NCBI RefSeq assembly: GCF_009914755.1 | Contig: NC_060933.1 | From: the human T2T-CHM13v2.0 reference genome, Homo sapiens | DNA length: 64,000 nucleotides | Strand: one strand, 5' to 3' | Part shown: positions 59,901 through 64,000 of the stretch, one piece after another | How positions within the stretch are numbered: position 1 is the stretch's first letter | How the letters are laid out: each line of letters opens with the position of its first letter | Position numbers and translations under genes: made by a program | The notes under the pieces: model-generated | What the model was told of the DNA's origin: nothing | What the model saw: only the letters and a program-made list of their open reading frames with translations | Databases searched by the model: none

Positions 59901-62900
59901 TATAAGCCTTGGTGGCTTCCACACAGTGTTAAGCCAGTGGGTGCACAGAGCACTAGTTCAGAGGCTTGAGATCCTCCATATATATTTTGGAAGATATATA
60001 AAAGTGCTTGGGTGTCCAGACAGAAGGCTGCCAAAAAGGCAGAGCCTCATGGGAAACCTCTACTAGGGCAGTGCAGAAGGAAAATATGGGGTTGGAGCCC
60101 CCACACTGGAGGCCACCATCATGAAGACCCCAGATTCATAGACCCACCAAGAGCTTTGCACCCTCCATGGGTTAAGAACCCCAGGCACTCAACACCAGCA
60201 CAGCCCATGAGGGCAGCTGCACAGGCTGAACACTGCAAAGCCACAGGTGAGCTGCCCAAGGCCTTGGGAGCCCAGCCCTCACGCCCTTGTGCCCTGGATG
60301 TGGGACAAGGATTAAAAAAGGATGACTTTTGAGCTGTGGGTTTGAATAACTGGCCTGCTGGGTTTTGGACTTTTCATGGAGCCTGTAAGTCCCATTTGTG
60401 TTTTGTTCTCTCAGGCAAAAATCTTCCTTTTGGCTGGGAAATCTTAATGCCTGGACAATCATTGTACCTTGGAAGTAGTTAACTTGTTTGTATTTCAGAG
60501 GCTCAGGGGCAGAAGAGACTGCCTTGTCTCAGATGAGACTTTGGGCTTTGGACATTTGAGTAAATGCTGGAATGAGTTAAGACCTTGTGGGATTGTAGGT
60601 AAGGCATCATTGTATTTTGCAAAGTGAGAAGTACATGAGATTGGGGGAGGCAGGGACACAATAAGATTTGGCTGTGTGTCCCTACAGAAACTCATTTGGA
60701 ATTGTAATTGGAAATGCTAAAAGTGGGGCCAGGTGGAAGGTGATTTAATCATGGAGGGCAGTGGGGGTTGGAAGGTGGGGATTGGGGAGGATGGGGGGAT
60801 TATGGTGGGGGTGAGGGGTGAAAGGTGGGTGTTGGGGAGGATCCCTCACAAATGGTTAAACACCGTCTCCTTAATGCTTTCCTCATGATGGTGAGTTCTC
60901 GTGATGATTCTGGAGCTGTAAGATTGAATAGATACTGTCCTGCTTGGTTTTGGACTTGTACTGGGCCTGTGATCCCATTTGTGTTACTTTCCTGACAAAT
61001 ATCTTGCCTTTGGATTGAGAAAATTTACCCAATGCCTGTACCATCATCGTACCTTGAAAAAAAGAACTCCCTTTTAAATTCAGGGACTCATAGGCAAAAG
61101 GGACTGTAGACTTTTCTCAGATGAGATGTTGAACCTTTTACATTTGTGTTAATGCTGGAATGAGTTAAGGCTTTTGGCAACTTTTGAAAAGGCAAGATTG
61201 TATTTTACTCGCTGAGAAGGATATGATATTCGGGGGATCAGGGTCAGAATAATATGGTTTGGCTGTGTGTCTCTACCAAAACACATGGGAAATTGTAATT
61301 CCAAATGTTGCAGGTATGGCCTGGTGGGAGGTGATTTATTCCTGTACTTGAGAGGGGTGGAGTTGGAAGTAAACAGAAGTGGGTAAGGTCAGAGGAGTAG
61401 GTTGGCTGTAGGTTGGTGTGAGGGTGGTGGGTAGTAGGAAGGGGGAGTAGCCTGCTACAGAGGCAGAGGCTCATGGAAAACCTCTACTAGGGCAGTGCAC
61501 CTGTGGCTTTGCAGGCTTTAGCCCCCATGGCTGCTCTCATGGACTGGGCTGGTGTTGAGTGCCTGTAGCTTTTCCATACTGAGGGTGGGAGCTTTAGGTG
61601 GGTCTATGACTCTAGGGTCTGGAGGATGGTGGTATCCTGCGTGGGGGCTCCAAACCCATATTTTCCTTCTGCACTGCCCTAGTAGAGATTTTCCAAGAGG
61701 CTCTGCCTCTGCCTCAGACTTCTGCTTGGAAACACTGGGGGGTGGATGTGGGGTATTGGGTGGATCCTTCACCAATAGTTAAGCACCATCTTCTTGATGC
61801 TGATCTCCTGATACTGAGTTCTCTCGAGATCTGGTTGTATAACAGGATGTGGCATCTTTCCTCTGTCTTGCTTCTACTCCTGGAATATGAAACATTTCAT
61901 TGCTGCTTGGCCTTCTGGTATAAATGGGAGGCTTCCTGAGTCCTCCTAAAAGCAGAAACCACTATGCTTTCATTACAGCCTCCAGAACTGTGAGTCAATT
62001 CAACCTCTTTTCTTTATGTACATGCAGAAAATCAATGCTGTGAAGTGAAGCTATGAAATGCCTTCAAGGCCTTTTCCCCAATCTTTTGGCTGTTAGCACT
62101 GGGCTTCTTTGATGCTAATATCTGAAGCCTTCTTGAAGTTTTCCCCTGATAATGGACTTTTCTTCTTTTACCACATTGCCAGGCTGTGACAAAGATAGCT
62201 GAAAATGTAGAAGCAGGTTCAGAATTCAGTAATGGCCAGAGGTTAGAGCGTTTGGAGAGCTTGGAAGAAGACAGGAAGATGAGGGAAAGTTTGGACCATT
62301 GTAATGACTTGTTAGTTGTGATTAAAAGGCTGACAGAAGGATGGACAGTGAAGGCCAGGCTTAGAAGGTCTCAGATGAAAATGAGAAACTTACTGGGAAC
62401 AGGGGCCAAGGTTTTGTTGTTTTGCCTTAGCAAAGAATTTGGCTGCACAGTGTCCCTGCTCTGGAGATCTGGGAAACTTTGAACTTGAGGGTGAAGATTT
62501 AGGGTCTATCTGGTGGAATGAACTTCTAAGCAGCAAAGCTCAAGAGTTGTCCTGCCTACGTCGAACAGCCTGTGGTATTATGTGTGACCAAAGAAATGAC
62601 CTTGAGTTGAAACTTATATTTAAATGAGAAGCAGAGCTTAATCCTTTGGAAAATTTGCAACCTGGCAAAGTGGTCAAAAAGAAAAGCTGAATTTCAGGGA
62701 GAAAATTCCAGAAGCCTTTGGATATTTGCATAAAAAAGGAGCCCAGTGCTAATAATTCAAGACAATGGGAAAAAAGGCCTCGAAGACATTTCAAAGACCT
62801 TTGTAGCAGCCCTTGTTGTCACTGGCCCTGGGGCTTAGGAAAAAAGAATGTTTTTTCTGGGCCAGCCCTATGGCCCCACTGCTATGTGCAGCCTCAGGAC

Positions 62901-64000
62901 ACTGCTGCCTGCACCCCTACACCTTCATCTCCAGCTCCAGCCATGGCTGAAAGATGCACAGGTACAGCTTGGGTCACTGCTTCAGGGGTGCAAGCTCCAA
63001 GTCTTTGTGGCTTCCACATAGTGTTAAGCCAGCAGGTGCACACAGCACAAAACTAGAGGCTTGGGAGCCTTTGTCTAGACTCCAGAACATGTATGGGAAA
63101 GCCTGGGTGTCCAGGCAGAAGCTTTTCCAACAGGCAGAGCCTCATGGTAAACCTCTACTCGGGCATTGCAGAACAAGCATATAGGGTTGGAGCCCCCATA
63201 CAGGGAGGTGCCATTTTCCAGACCCCAGATTCATAGACCCAGCAACAGCTTGCACTCTTAGTGTTGAAAAGCTGTTGGCACTCAACAGCAGCCCAGCCAT
63301 TGAGGGCAGCTTTGGGGAAAGACCCTGCCATGCCACAGGTGCTGAGCTGCCCAAAGCCTTGGGAGCCCAGCCATCTCACCACCCTGTGGTCTGGATGTGA
63401 GACGTAGTTTCAAAAAAGATTATTTGGAGCTGTAGGATAGAATGAATGGCCTGCTAGGTTTTTGACTTGCATGGAGTCTGTAAGTCCCATCTGTGTTTTG
63501 CACTTCTTTCTGGCAAATTTCTTCTTTTTGTCTGGGAATGCTTACCCAATGCCTGGACAAGCATTATACCTTGGAAGTAGTTAACTTGCTTTGTATTTCA
63601 GAGGCTTAGGGATAGAAGGGACTGTAGCCTTGTCTCAGATGAGACTTTGGGCTTTGGACATTTGAGTAAATGCTGGGATGAGTTAAGACTTTGTGGGGCT
63701 GTAGAGAAGGCATCATTGTATCTTGCAGTGTGAGAAGGACATGAGATTTGGGGGGCCAGGGGCAGAATAATATGATTTGGCTCTGTGCCTCTACCAAAAC
63801 TCATGTGTAATTGTAATGGGGAATGTTAAAGCTGGGGCTTGGTGGAAGGTGATTTATTCATGGTGGACAGTGGGAGTTGGAAGTGTGGGTGTGATAAGAA
63901 TGGGGGTTCATGGTGGGGGTGGTCGTGAAACATGGAGACAGGGGCAGATCCTTCACAAATGGTTAAACACTATCTCCTTAATCCTGTCTGTGTGATAGTG
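53903..64000. repeat. ~3-kb-period satellite built from MaLR (MST/THE1 LTR + internal) sequence, SATR1/SATR2-like
   Basis: Marker cctgct.cagaggca...ctctactagg.cagtgcacctgtggc at ~55378, 58349, 61451; marker gatcc.tcacaaatggttaaacac at ~57751, 60840, 63947; MST/THE1 motifs such as cagatgagactttgg, gctggaatgagttaag and cagcctgcagaac. Confidence 0.85.

Noticed and set aside
54994-63995. ORFs within the satellite as coding genes, and an overlapping CYP4F-type pseudogene recalled for this region
   Set aside because: ORFs are fragmented MaLR-internal sequence; no P450 similarity is visible in this window.

Overview
Primate (human-like) genomic DNA, not microbial. A CpG-island promoter (1-~1330) precedes a complete, spliceable + strand ankyrin-repeat/coiled-coil gene of the ANKRD26/ANKRD18/ANKRD20A/CCDC144 family. 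The protein matches my recollection of ANKRD18B. From the Kozak ATG at 1010 I could join 15 constitutive GT-AG exons in frame (997 codons to 45418). Several alternative 3' ends follow, giving 1011, 1012, 1020, 1051 or possibly 1128 aa. Introns hold many Alu, L1, LTR and DNA-transposon relics, a dead CCDC144-type exon and a duplicated 54-nt in-frame exon. Downstream lie a GC-rich block with a degenerate minisatellite and strong orphan splice sites, a 96-bp near-perfect inverted repeat, a processed SNX18 pseudogene, and ~10 kb of a ~3-kb-period MaLR-derived satellite. I see no evidence for a wholly new biological system. The best leads are unannotated splice paths (C-terminal frame switching, twin exon 7), the long hairpin, and several templated-insertion scars. 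Family and gene names come from memory, not from a database search.
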